Part shown: positions 1-11,740 of the stretch, piece after piece | Layout of the letters: each line of letters begins with the position of its first letter | How positions within the stretch are numbered: position 1 is the stretch's first letter | Origin: Aplysia californica | Taxonomy: Eukaryota | Assembly (NCBI RefSeq): GCF_000002075.1 | Contig: NW_004797372.1 | Location: 248,396 to 307,622 of the forward strand | Direction of reading: 5' to 3' | DNA: 59,227 nucleotides | Notes under the pieces: model-generated | The model's input: only the letters and a program-made list of their open reading frames with translations | Database searches by the model: none | What the model was told of the DNA's origin: nothing | Made by a program: the position numbers and the translations under genes

Positions 1-52
<52 letters not shown>

Positions 53-270
53 GATTTCTACCGGGTCTGTATACTTCGTGACTTTGTTCCAGGTTGTCGG
101 GTCTGTATATACTTCGTTTTTAAAATCTGAGGCCGAGTTTAGCATGTTTTTAAAAATACGGAATGCTGAATCCTATCTTTGTCACGCAACCAATGCAGCC
201 AATTTTGTCATTCAACTTTTTCAGCTTGTCATTCACCTTGACAAACTCAAAACTATCCTGTAACTTCTGC

Positions 271-2231
271 GGTAGTGTCAATTGCCACCGAGTGACGCGG
301 TGGCAATTGACAAAAATTGATTTTTTGTCAATTGCCACAGAGTAAATTGATCTGGAGCTCTTTGGCATTGGTGGGTAGATCTAGCTTATTGTGCTTGAGT
401 GCTCGGTGTTGTGCGTTCGCCTCTCTGTCCCTCTGTGTGTGTGTGTGTGGTGTGTCTTTACTCTTTTCCTGACCCCCGTCTCCCGATTTTTGTTCCCCGA
501 TATAACGTGAATTTCTGCTGGAGTTCGTGTGCGTTTGTGACTTACTTCTCTAGAATTGCCTGTGTTGGTTCTACACCAACAAGGACAAAGTGTAGGCTAA
601 GGCTAGCCTAGATTAGATCTAGGCTTACGTCTCATTGAAAACACGCCAAGTTGGTACAGTAGCTCTAGACTAGATGCTCGTCCAATGAAATTAGTTGAGA
701 ACAAATTGACCCATTGGACACACATTATGTATTATAACGAAGTGTATACAGACCCGGTAACCGGGAACAAAGTCACGAAGTATACAGACCCGGTAGGGGA
801 ACTCTTTTGTGATTTCTGGAAGTTTCAACCCCCAGACCCGGTAGAAATCGTGTGTGTGTGTGTGAGAGAGAGAGAGAGGGAGAGAGAGAGAGAAAGAGAG
901 GAGGGGGGGTACTAGCAAAATGTATATGACATGCCCCAGTTGGCAGGAGGGAATGAGAGAAAGATAGAGTGGGAAATAGGTGGGGACAAAGAAAGACAGA
1001 GACAAACAAAGAAAAAGAGAAGGCGAGCGATACACAGAGGAGAGAGAGAAAGAGAGAGAGAGGGGGGGGGGCCTGCTCGATTGAAATTATGACCTTGTAA
1101 CTTGTTCTTTTCTTCAAATTGTGATTCCTCCAACTCCAAAACGGAGGAAAAACGATTGTTCATCGAAAAGACATCCACAATCTTCATTTGTCATTTAGAT
1201 CTAGGCTAGCCGTGTAACTAGATCAAAGATTTAAGTTTGTTTGCCTAGATCTAGATCTAGATCATAGATCTAGAAGAACCTAGGTTTACCCTGAGCCAAG
1301 AGGGCGCTGGAAACTCTCCGAAATCACAAAAGAGGGTAAATTTTTACTTTCACTCCCGCTCACAGATACACTGTTTCAGGGGTCAAACTTCAAGTCACAA
1401 TATTTCGCCTGCGAACACAACACATACCACTAAATTCCTACCTTAATAGGATCCACAAGGATACCCCACCCGACTGCCAGGATGAAACAGTACCACACCA
1501 CCTCTTTAACTGCCCAGCACTTTGTGACCTGCGTAGCACCTACCTACTTGCCTCCCCAGACATCGGAAACACTCTATACAGCGACAAAGCACAGCTGATT
1601 AAAACCTGTCAATTCTTTGCCATATCGACAGACCGAAGGGCTAGAATCCAAATGGCCCCTGGATCGGAAAAGTAAAGTAAAGTAAAGTAGGGGTCAAACT
1701 GCAGTACTGTTTGCTGCAGATCACACATAAAGCCACTAAAACTGTCGCAAATCAATTATTTTCAAGAAAATTTCAAATCTAACTGTAAAATAATAAATTT
1801 TGGGTAAAAACAGGGGGGCATGCCCCCCTGTAACCCCCCAGATTTTCTTTTACCTCAGCCCCCCTGGAACCCCCCGATTGGTCAAAAGCACGTCTATCTC
1901 GGTTAAGAACAATTATATATTTCGAAAACTATTAATTTGCGACGGAAATGAAGTTGACGTGTTCAGAGCATCAATATTTAGTAGAAATTGGACAACTGGT
2001 AGCTGAGTGTGAAATGGGAGAGAAAGTAAAAAAATACCCAAAAGAGTTCCCTTACCGGGTCTGTATACTTTGTGACTTAATTCCCGGTTACCGGGTCTGT
2101 ATACACCCCCTATGTCTGAAGCTAAAGATAGTGTTGTTTTCAAACTTGACACCGCTTCACTCGGTGGCAATTGACAAAAAGTCAATTTTTGTCAATTGTC
2201 ACCGCGTCACTCGGTGGCAATTGACGCTACC
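271..2231. mobile_element. Non-autonomous DNA transposon with long palindromic TIRs, Mutator-like
   Basis: TIR GGTAGTGTCAATTGCCACCGAGTGACGCGGTGGCAATTGAC at 271 and its inverse ending at 2231; flanks TAACTTCTGC / TAACTCTGC (about 9-bp TSD); a paralogous empty-site-like GTAACTCCGCTCCT at 50061. Confidence 0.8.
1390..1688 (+). mobile_element. 5'-truncated LINE (I-group, Ingi/Nimb-like) 3' end
   Basis: Translates [19 protein letters not shown]...[13 protein letters not shown] (CCHC region); (TAAAG)n tail; 12-bp TSD AGGGGTCAAACT at 1378-1389 and 1689-1700. Confidence 0.85.
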
Positions 2232-2417
2232 TAACTCTGCTCCTACTCCTGGTCAACATTATTTGAAATGGAATGTAGGCCTACACTTGTTGTGTGTGTG
2301 TGTATGGGGGTGGGGGTGTGTGCTAAACAAAGGACAAAAAGCTTATTTTTCTAAAGATGCTTTGATTGATCAACTAGTTAAACACTGATCCTGCCATTAG
2401 TGAAAGTGCTGATCTTT

Positions 2418-3700
2418 TAAGGCTAAGGCCGGCTCTATTTCTCAGAACGTTTGGGAAAATAAACTTGAACTCTTCTAGGCTATTTCTCCGAACGGTTTCC
2501 GTTCTCGAGATTTGTTGATAATAAGGGAATGGAGTGGCCCGTGTGTGTGAGTGTGCATGTGTGTGTAAGGTGTGAAGGGGGGGGGGGTATTTTTTTTTTA
2601 CAATAAGGATTTTAGTTTTTGCTGGGTGACTAAATGCAAAATAGGTTACTGCCAAGGTCGAGCTGTCTTGTTTTCTCGCAGTACCTTTTGAAGGTATTTT
2701 CAATTGAAGTATAGTCTGGGCACGTTGCCCCAACCACAACTGAAGTATCTGAATATTCAGACATTTAAAAATCTCTAGCTCTAGAAATTGCATTTGGTGC
2801 AAAAAATCCTTCTTCCCAGTCCTCGTAGAATGGCAGAATGATGCACGCTTAAATCTTGCAAATAACCAAAAAATCTCGAGATTGGAAACCGTTCGGAGAA
2901 ATACAGTTCAACTTTATTTTCCGAACGTTCGGAGAAATAGTCACTTCGTTTTGAAAGGCCACCTCTATTCTCAACCTGGATGAGAATAGCGCAGACGGGC
3001 CTTTTAGCTATTCTCACCCAGTGTGCCTTCTTCGTGATTGGCCAGCCAGCATAGCGTTCATCTTGAACAATGTTCCAGCGCTCTTGACCTTGTGTTGAAA
3101 GCGTGCAATTTTCTATTTTGTCTGTTGGCTGTGAGAGAAAGAGAGAGGTGTGGGGGGGGGGGAGAGACAGAGAGGAGTAGCGCGAGAACATTCGTGCAAA
3201 ACAAAATGGCGACCTAAGTAGTTCGGCTCGATTCGAAATGTTAAATAGCCGTTGTATCTTTGTAGACGACCAAATTAATTTACTTTTGTTTTTTAATATT
3301 AATATCATTTTTTTGTCTTTGTTTTTGTCAATTTGATAATCCACACTGATACACTGTATTCAGAAAGAGAGTGCGAGAGAGAGAGAGAGGAGTAGATCTT
3401 GCGAGAACTTCCAGGCAAAACAAAATGACGACCCGCGTAGTTCGGCTTGATTCGAAAAGTGACATAGCCCCATAGCATCTTTGTAGACGACCAAATTAGC
3501 TTAAACTACAAGTGCTATAACGTCATTTTTTCTTTGTTTTTGTCTATCTAATTATCCACACCAATAGACAGTATTCCGAGATTAGGAAGAACAGGTCTTG
3601 TTTCGCACCGGGTGAGAATAGCCAACGCTGGCAAGTCTCACCCGTGGTGAGAGGTCGATCGTATTTTTATTCTAACCCGGCGTGAGGATAGCCACTTCCT
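2418..3700. mobile_element. Palindromic MITE-like region with repeated CTATTCTC/GAGAATAG motifs and an internal duplication of about 220 bp
   Basis: 2430-2510 is inverted relative to 2872-2940; 3165-3365 is repeated at 3380-3580 (CAAAATGGCGACC...GTAGACGACCAAATTA). Boundaries approximate. Confidence 0.55.
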
Positions 3701-4672
3701 TTGTGAAATTTGCAGTTTGATGATCTGTCATCTGTGTGTTAAACCGTCGGTGTTCTTTTACTTTCACTATCGTCTCATGCTCGGGTTTTTATAATTTATT
3801 GTAGAACTCTTTACTTGCACAGAGACAAGCATAGAAAACTGTTTATTTTGTGAGACTGCTTCTCGCGCCGAACAAGGAGTGATGGAGAACGTTTTCGCAC
3901 CCAACTTTCCACAGACACAATAGGTCTAGCGGACTGGTCGGTGAAATGTTGGGGGTGCTGTATAGTATCTCTGCAGGGTTTTTGTTAAGTGTGTGTGCTT
4001 CAATATACAGTGGGGGTCTGCTTTTAAATGGAAATCTGTGGGACTGCTGGATTTTCGTTGGGTTTTTTTCAGGTTTTCAATTTAGAAAGTTTACTCAAGA
4101 AGAAAAAAAAATCCAGGGTTTTATTTTCTTTCAGCTTACTGCTGGTTTTGGACTTACTGTAAATATATAATTTGGTTTAATTGTACTACAATGTAATAAC
4201 ACTGTACTTTGTTTTTATTCAAGTTTCTTTCTGTGTGCATCAAAACGTTTTGTCGTTTTACAATGTGTAGCATTTGTTTAGATATATGCTATGATGTTCA
4301 TCCAATGAAATTTGAACAAAGGTCAGTCAGTGTCCTTGGTTTTGTTCTCTATAAATGTGGAACTTCGAAGGATATTTAAGAAACAACACTCCCATCTATT
4401 GTTATCACACCTTTAAAATGAGCTTGTTTTGAAGGTTTTTCAAAACCACTGGGAGGAGAAGGTGAAAATTGAGAGCGAATGATTGGAAAAATCTGGAAAC
4501 AACTTTTTTCCCTTCTAACTTTACAAGGAAGTCCCCCCCCTTGCAACTTTCAGGAATGTTATTTTAAACAATGATTTTTTTGCAACTTTAGTTTTGCTAG
4601 AATAGCTGGCCTATTTCTCATTGTGCTCAATACTTAGTCATCAATATTTCCCTGGCCTTCTGACCCTACCAG

Positions 4673-6496
4673 TCTACTGAGCGGGATACCAGCAACCCAG
4701 ACGCTTCGCAGTCGGACGATGCTTCAGGGTCAGACCACGACGAAATTTATGAGGAGGGGAGCGATGACGAACCCTTTCCAGAAACTGATGAAGATGGGGC
4801 CCCGGAGGAGGAAGAAGGTGGTTCAGATTCAGAAGCAGCCACAGATAGAGATGAGTGGAGAGAGGGTGCAGCATTGCTCGATGTCCTGCCCTTTGAACCC
4901 AGCAAACAGCCTGGCCCGCAGGTGGTGCTGCCTGCCACAGCCACACCTCTCCAGTTCTTGCGACTGCTCGTCACGGTCGATATGATGAAGGAGATTGCCA
5001 AGGAAACAAACCGCTACGCCAACCATTTTGTCAAGTCTACTCAACTCACGCAGGTCAGTTGCTTGTCGTCTTGGGAGGACACTGACGCAGACGAGTTGTG
5101 GGCCTTTTTTGGGTTGATAACTGGTATGGGCATCATTCGGGTCGCCTCCTTTCAGGACTACTGGTCGACGGATGCCGTGTACAGCCTGCCGTTCTTCCCG
5201 AGTATCATGACAAGGGAACGTTTCCAGAACCTGCTGACGTTTTTACATTTCAGCGACGAGAAGTTCATCCCGAGGGGAGAGGAGGGCCATGACCCACTCT
5301 TCAAGATCAGTTCTTTCCTGAACTGTCTTGCGGAGAATTTTTCGAAAAATTATTACCCCACCACAAACATCGCTATTGATGAAGCCATGATTTCATGGAA
5401 AGGTAGATGTAACGTCAGTGCCCCAGTGTACGGCCATAGAAATCAGGACAGGTTTGGACTTAAGATCTTTCAGCTGTGTGACTCCAGCAATGCCTATTGT
5501 TGCAGGTTCGAGGTATACACTGGGAAGAAGGAAGTCTCTCCAAAGGGAGTAGACTATGACATGGCCATGAGGCTGTTGTCGCCGTACCTTGGATGCGGTC
5601 ATCGGCTCTTCATTGACAGCTTCTTCACAGCCCCAGTCCTCTTCAAAGACCTGCTTGCAGCCAAGACCACAGCCTGCGGTACTGTTCGGCTGAACAGGAA
5701 AGGCCTGTCAAAGATGCCACAGAATCGGAAGAAGGTGGTGAAGAGGAAGGGAGATGTAATTTCAATGACAACAGGGTCCATGAACCATATCAGGATCATT
5801 GGTCAGCAGCAAGTCAACTTCCTCACGTCCATCCACACTGACAGTATGAGCGATACTGGAGGACAGGATAGAACTGGGGAGCAAGTAAACATGCTAGATG
5901 CAGTGAGGGAGCACAGCAAGCACATGGGAGCAGTCAGCAGGTCAGATCGTTTGGTAGAACTCAGCTACGTCAAATTGAGGAGGATGAAGTGGTGGAAAAA
6001 AGTCTTCTTCCACTTCTTCATGTTGGCGGAGCGGAACGCCTACCTTCTCTACAAGGAGTCGACACAACAGCCCATGAATTATGCTGTGTTCCGGCGCGAG
6101 CTGGCCAAGGAGATGGCGAGCCAGTCTCCTCCACGACTGCCCCCAAGACATGCCGCCCTCCAGACGGGAAGTTCCTCACTGCATCGACTGACGGCACGAC
6201 ACTTCCCCAGCAAAATCCTTCACCCTGCTGGCTTTGAGAAGCGCAGACCCCGTACCAGACTCTGCGTTGTCTGCAGCACCAGGACGGGGAAGAGAAAAGT
6301 TCCAGGCGATGGCAGGAGGAGGAAGGAGACCACAGTGGAGTGCGTCGACTGCAATGTTGGTCTCTGTGTCATTCCCTGTTTTGAGTTGTATCATACTCAA
6401 AAGGACTATAAGAGGAGCTATCGGAGACTTCAAGAAGTTCAAGTTCAAGGCCAGGACAACTCAGCAGAAGTCTCTTCTTCCTCCTCCTCCGAGTGA
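4673..6496 (+). CDS. Domesticated piggyBac transposase-derived (PGBD-like) terminal exon, 607 aa, start codon supplied by an upstream exon
   Basis: The ORF-track frame (4874-6496) stays open upstream to an in-frame TGA at 4661. A 3' splice site (CCTTCTGACCCTACCAG|TCT, AG at 4671-4672) precedes an acidic N-terminus STERDTSNPDASQSDDASGSDHDEIYEEGSDDE. piggyBac motifs: ETNRYA, DYWS, HDPLFKI, IAIDEAMI (D 5378), LFIDSFF (D 5615), CGTVRLNRKG, HMGAVSRSD, KWWKK and a C-terminal Cys/His domain. No stops or frameshifts. Confidence 0.9.
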   Translation, partial: STERDTSNPDASQSDDASGSDHDEIYEEGSDDEPFPETDEDGAPEEEEGGSDSEAATDRDEWREGAALLDVLPFEPSKQPGPQVVLPATATPLQFLRLLVTVDMMKEIAKETNRYANHFVKSTQLTQVSCLSSWEDTDADELWAFFGLITGMGIIRVASFQDYWSTDAVYSLPFFPSIMTRERFQNLLTFLHFSDEKFIPRGEEGHDPLFKISSFLNCLAENFSKNYYPTTNIAIDEAMISWKGRCNVSAPVYGHRNQDRFGLKIFQLCDSSNAYCCRFEVYTGKKEVSPKGVDYDMAMRLLSPYLGCGHRLFIDSFFTAPVLFKDLLAAKTTACGTVRLNRKGLSKMPQNRKKVVKRKGDVISMTTGSMNHIRIIGQQQVNFLTSIHTDSMSDTGGQDRTGEQVNMLDAVREHSKHMGAVSRSDRLVELSYVKLRRMKWWKKVFFHFFMLAERNAYLLYKESTQQPMNYAVFRRELAKEMASQSPPRLPPRHAALQTGSSSLHRLTARHFPSKILHPAGFEKRRPRTRLCVVCSTRTGKRKVPGDGRRRKETTVECVDCNVGLCVIPCFELYHTQKDYKRSYRRLQEVQVQGQDNSAEVSSSSSSE

Positions 6497-7628
6497 TGGT
6501 CCTTTGGAGTGAGGACCACCATCATCATGATCATCTGTCCTTTTGCCATTTGAGAATCATCATCTGTCCTTCATCAACTCTGTCCTTTTGAAGACCATTG
6601 ACTGTCCTTCCGCAGGTGTCATTTTTTTTAGGACTGCTGTCTGCTATTTTTTTTTAGGGCCATCTGTCTTTTGACTGTTCCTTTGAGGACTATCAATTGT
6701 CATTTTGAGGACTATCATCATCTTTCATTGTAATGTAAGCTCATCAACTGGCCTTTTTAGGACCATTATCTAACCAAATGGTGTCCATCATTATCTGGCC
6801 TTTTTGAAAGCCATTGGATGTCCTGCTGAGAAACTGTACTGTGTAATTACAGATGAAATGACAGTCAAACCTTGTTATAACACCAATCTTGGAGGAGCAA
6901 GCCTAAAGTTGTTAGTACTGTGGGGCCGGTTGTACAGTGGGGCCTTTATGATGTCCTCTGTTTAACAACTCCTACAGCCCACCATCTAGGGAAATCATTC
7001 TGCTGATGTATAAATCACTGCCTGAATTTGCATCAACACCAAGCTGAGTCCACTTTTCCTTCCTTCTTTCCACTGCACACACACTATAACCCATCATATC
7101 ATGTACAGTATAGAGGCAATCAACTTAGGCTTACTGTGGATCATGTTGGTCAGGTGCTATTCGCCATGTTGAATGTTATTTTGCTTCCTTTGCTTTTTTC
7201 TGAGTTCTTTAATTTCTTGTTTATGTTGGTCACTGTTATTAGTGTTATAGCCGAGTATCTATGATCTGTCCAAATGCCGGTCGTTACAGAACTTGTCAAC
7301 TAGACATGAGATCGGACTCTGGGGATTTATTGTAAGCTTCTACAGCTGTAATCCTTTTAACGGACACTTTTACAATTTTACAATTGGGGCCAACTGTATG
7401 CCCATTGAAGTATTCACGTTTGTACTGAGAATGGAGAACTATGTTGAAGAGATAATATAGCCAAAGATCTGTGAGTTAATTTTGATTGAATATTGTCAAT
7501 GGGACATCATGTCAATGATTTATGTGCGGTACCATTCTGTTTTGTGAACTGAGTAGATTGGGAATATATTATGTGTCTATTTTTAAATGAATGCTCATTG
7601 AAAGCGTTCATGTCATGGTTGTGGGAAC

Positions 7629-8020
7629 CCCCTGGGGCACTGCCACTGACTGTAGTGTCTTTAGGCCATTCCCAAAGGGGGGACATTTCTCGTTCAAGCA
7701 TTGTAGAATTGTAAATGGGCTGACTCATGTCACGCTCATAACTGTGCCTGATCTACAACAGGGAACTGCTTCTTTTTCTTTCTTAATCCTTACTATTGTC
7801 ATTTTCCTCTACTTCTTTTGTATGTTTGTCACTCTCTTGTGACTTGCTATTTCCGGGGTGCCTTGGATAGTCGAAGCAGACCTTGTGCTGTTGAAGCTAG
7901 AGAGGTGAGCAGAATGAGTCTGATTCCCTGTAAAGACTTCTCTGTTGACACCCACCCCTTGGGGCTCATATGACCTTATGCAGTTGCGAGCGCCGTAAAA
8001 CCCTCTGCTATAAAAAAAAA
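7629..8020 (+). mobile_element. Short retroposon family B (~390 bp); other copies near 8470, 11770 (partial), 15038, 26640, 29829 and 57915 (minus strand)
   Basis: Consensus across copies: CCCCTGGGGCAGTGCCACTGACTGTAGTGTCTTTAGGCC...GGCGCTCATATGACCTTATGCAGTTGCGAGCGCCGTAAAA plus A-rich tail. Confidence 0.88.
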
Positions 8021-9000
8021 GGTTGTGGGTGGTTGGCGGGTGCTGTGGTGGTATTTGCTTTTTCTTTCCTATCAAACATCTATCATCGTTTTCTCTCCTT
8101 CTTTATTGTTGCTCTCTAGTAACACCTCTAATCTCCGGCAGTTATATGACCTATTTCATTTGTGTTGCAATTTAAGTCTTTTGTCATCTTTTCAGTTTTC
8201 ATGTATCTATTATGATAAATTGCAATGCTCTACTAGTTTTATATAATCTAATACCCCTCTTCACAAATTATGTGGGTGGTTGACTTGTGCTCCTTTGTGG
8301 TTTACTCCTTCTTTCCTGTTAAACATCTATCATCCTTATATTATATCTCTCCTTTTTTGTGTTTGTTACTGTCTTGTAACACATCTATTCTTTTGGCACT
8401 TATAAATATGACCTTATTGTGTTGCAAGTGCCGTAAAACTAACTTACCCCCCCCCCCCCCCCCCCCTCCCGGGCAGTGCTAGTGACTGGAGTGTCTTTAG
8501 GCCACTCCCAAAGGTGGGGGGGGGGGGGGGGGGGGGACATTAACATCTCAAGTTCTTATGCACAGTGTAATTGTAAATGGGCTGATTCATGAATGTCACG
8601 CTCATAACTGTGCCTGAACTGCAACTGGGAACTGCTGCTTTTTCTTTCCTAACCCTTTCCTCTACTTCTTTTTTATGTTTGTCACACTCTTGTGTCCCTC
8701 TATTTCCGGGATGCCTTGATAGTGGAAGCAGACTTTATGCTGTTGAAGCTAAAGAGGTGAGCAGAGTAAGTCTTGATTCCCTGTAAGGACTGTTGACATC
8801 CATCCCTTGGCGCTCATGTGACCTTACGCAGTTGCGAACGCCGTAAAAGCTCTACTAAAACAAAACAAAAACTCTCACTAAAACGTAGCAAATTACAGTG
8901 TTTTTTAGAATCATGCTGCTAGTCTTTGTACTTAGAAAGAATAAGAATAAAAGGGATCATTTTGAGAACATTGCATTGACTCCCTGTGTCAGCTAAAATT

Positions 9001-9248
9001 GGTCGCTTTTAAGGACAAGGGGGCTATCCCGAGAAATGTAATGCTGTTTTGAGAAGATCGAAGTTAAAAGTTTTTGGATCCTTATTAAGTTTCTTTAAAA
9101 TACAAGGAGAGTTTTCTCTATAACCAAATATACACATCAATGAAACCGAAGCTCTCCCATAGGTAGGGTAATGCCCACTTTTGGTGTAGGTCAAGACTTC
9201 TGGAAAACCCCGAATCAGGGTTAGCCCGCTTGTCCTTAAGAGCGACCC
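9001..9248. mobile_element. MITE; other copies near 52110-53375 and 57430-57570
   Basis: TIR GGTCGCTTTTAAGGACAAG / CTTGTCCTTAAGAGCGACC; the body is shared with the two other copies. Confidence 0.8.
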
Positions 9249-10061
9249 TTTGTAGTACCGTATACTATTATGTGTAATGTCAATAAACAAACTCCTTTAT
9301 AATATCTTTATCTTACTGATCTCATCCAGCTTTATGTTTCATCTTGATCACTGAGATCAGGTGGTCAGTATCTTTTAAGAGGTCTTATGACAGGATGTAA
9401 AAGATTAGCTGAAATATCTGTTGCCCATCTTTGCTCCCTCCCTTCCCAAACCCCTGTGACATACAACTTCTGAATCTAAATTTAAAGTTTAAAACATACA
9501 TAAAAGACATATCATTTAATGAAATAATTTCTAACTCAGTACCTTCATTTTCCAGTAAAATAGTATGTAACTGTCTTTTTATGTATTTTTGTTACCAATG
9601 GATGGCATTATAATAATATATGTTATATATTACATTATGTAGGCATATTTTTGTGTGTTTTCACTTCATAACGAAATATGGTGTGTGTGTGTGCATGTAC
9701 GTATACATTCGTGTATGTGTGTGTGTGTGTGTAACTGTATGAGTGTGTGTGTGGATTGTGTATGTGGATGGTGTGCGCTTTCGTATGTATGTGAATGCTG
9801 TAAATGTGCGTCATTTCTTCAGTGTGCGCACATGAGCAAAAATTAAATGTTCATGTATACCATGTCAGTATTCAATTATATATGAATTTGCTATTGCATA
9901 TTTTTGTGCAAACACCAAAAGCTGTGTTCACACGGAAGCAGTGCTATAAAAATTATCTACAAAATTTATTATTTTTGTTTTAAAAGTGTCTTTTTGTTAG
10001 TGAGTTACAGTATTTAGAGCAGAGAGTCGTCTGTCTGGTCTGTTTGTTGAAAGTTTGTCTG

Positions 10062-10766
10062 TCTCTCTCTCTCCCTCCCTCCCCCCTCTTCTCACTCTCT
10101 CTCTTTCTCTCTGTCTCCCTCTCTGTTTATGATCTAATCTCTCCACTTTATGTCTCTTTGTTTGTGTGTGTACAGATTCAAATTGGTTGGCAGGTGCTCT
10201 GGTGTGGTTTGCTCCTTCTTTCCTATCAAACATGTATCATCCTGATCTCTCCTCCTTTTTAAAAATTATTTGTTACTCTCTTGTAACACCTCCAATCTTC
10301 GGCACATATATGACCTTATTGTGTTGCAAGTGCCGTAAAACTCTTACTTAAGCCAAAACAGGAGTGGGTGCTGCTAGTTTGCTGACAGTATTGCAGGGCT
10401 AATTTACATTACTCTCTCTCTCCCTCTCCCTCCCTCCCCCCTCCTCTCACTCTTTCTCTTTCTCTCTGTCTCCCTCTCTCTTTATAGTCTCTCTCCACTT
10501 TATGTCTCTTTGTTTGTGTGTGTACAGATTCAAATTGGTTGGCGGGTGCTCTGGTGTGGTTTGCTCCTTCTTTCCTATCAAACATGTATCGTCCTGATCT
10601 CTCCTCCCTTTTTTTAAAAATTAGTTACTCTCTTGTAACTCCTCTAATCTTCGGCACATATGACCTTATTGTGTTGCAAGTGCCGTAAAACTCTTGCTTA
10701 AGCTAAAACAGGAGTGGGTGCTGCTAGTTTGCTGACTGAGTATTGCAGGGCTAATTTACATTACTC
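10062..10766. repeat. Tandem duplication, 2 x ~350 bp, each copy containing a CT tract and a family A element
   Basis: Both units contain TGTACAGATTCAAATTGGTTGG and end GGGCTAATTTACATTACTCT. Confidence 0.88.
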
Positions 10767-11516
10767 TTCTTTTTGTAAGGACTGTACAGCTCAGGCAGTG
10801 GGTGGTTGGTGGGTTTTGTGGTGTGTTTGCTCCTTCTTTGCTATCAAACGCCTATGATATCATAATCAGTGTAACTTCCATTCTTTCTTTTTTAAACGTT
10901 TTTGTTACTCTCTTATTTCATTTCTAATCTTCAGCATTTGTAGGACTCGATTGTGTTACCAGTGCTGTAAAATTTTATTACTAAAACAACTTAAACAAAC
11001 AGAGTAGAATATTTGTTGGAGTTCCTTTTCGTGCATTGGCAAAACCTGTCAGTAAATGGGATGGTATAACAAATTTAATGATTCTAGTTACTTTACGAAT
11101 GGTTACTCAGGAGGGACCAAAAGTGTACAACTTTTATGGTTGTCTGGTTTATGATTTGCCTGTTCGTCTATTCCGATCATAACAACCTCCTGAGTGGGTG
11201 GTTGGCGGGTGCTCTGGTGTGGTTTGCTCCTTCTTTCCTAACAAACATCTATCGTCCTTATCTCTCCTCCTCCTTTTTTTATGTATGTTACTCTTTGTAA
11301 CTCCTCTATTCTTCGGCACATATATGACCTAATTGTGTTGCAAGTGCCGTAAAACCCTTACTAAAACTAAACTTCTTTTTTATGTTTGTTACTCTCTTGT
11401 AACACCTCTAATCTTTTGGCGCTCATATGACCTTATGCAGTCGCGAGTGCCGTAAAACCTCTTCTTAAACTAAAAAACGACTTGACAATAGAAAGATAAA
11501 TCACGCTCAACCCTAC

Positions 11517-11740
11517 CGATGTCTGTGGTGTAGCGGTTAGGCTCTTCACAGCTGCTGGCACGAGACGCGGATTCAACTCCTGAACTGAGTGGGGAGAATT
11601 TTTATTTGATCTCAGTCTTTCTGCTCGTATGTTGCAGTATCCCTCTCTGGTCAGGTTGGCCCTGATAGACAGGGTCAGTTAAGTAGCTCGTGTCCTAAAT
11701 TATCTAAATTGAGTGGATGGTGATGTTAAAAAACCTGTAT
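11517..11740 (+). mobile_element. tRNA-headed SINE with Meta/MESC-like core; related copies near 17265-17440, 27757-27935 and 28403-28625
   Basis: A-box-like TGGTGTAGCGG, B-box-like GGATTCAACTCC, and a shared core like TATCCCTCTC..CAGGTTGGCCCTGACAG..AGGGT. The core family name is from recall. Confidence 0.7.

Noticed and set aside
3882-3923. ATG at 3882 as the first exon of the PGBD gene
   Set aside because: It stops after 13 codons (TAG 3921-3923) with no convincing in-frame donor before the stop.
4874-4984. ORF-track start (TTG 4874) or Met 4982 as the true PGBD start
   Set aside because: TTG is not a normal eukaryotic start, and Met 4982 would omit conserved N-terminal piggyBac sequence; the frame extends to a splice acceptor. 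Minor use of Met 4982 cannot be excluded.
7629-8020. Hammerhead, HDV-like or twister ribozyme in the short repeats
   Set aside because: Hairpins are present, but I could not place the required catalytic core motifs by eye; an Infernal search is needed.
11517-11590. tRNA genes here and near 17270, 27760 and 55530
   Set aside because: Degenerate A/B boxes run into SINE cores with no complete cloverleaf.
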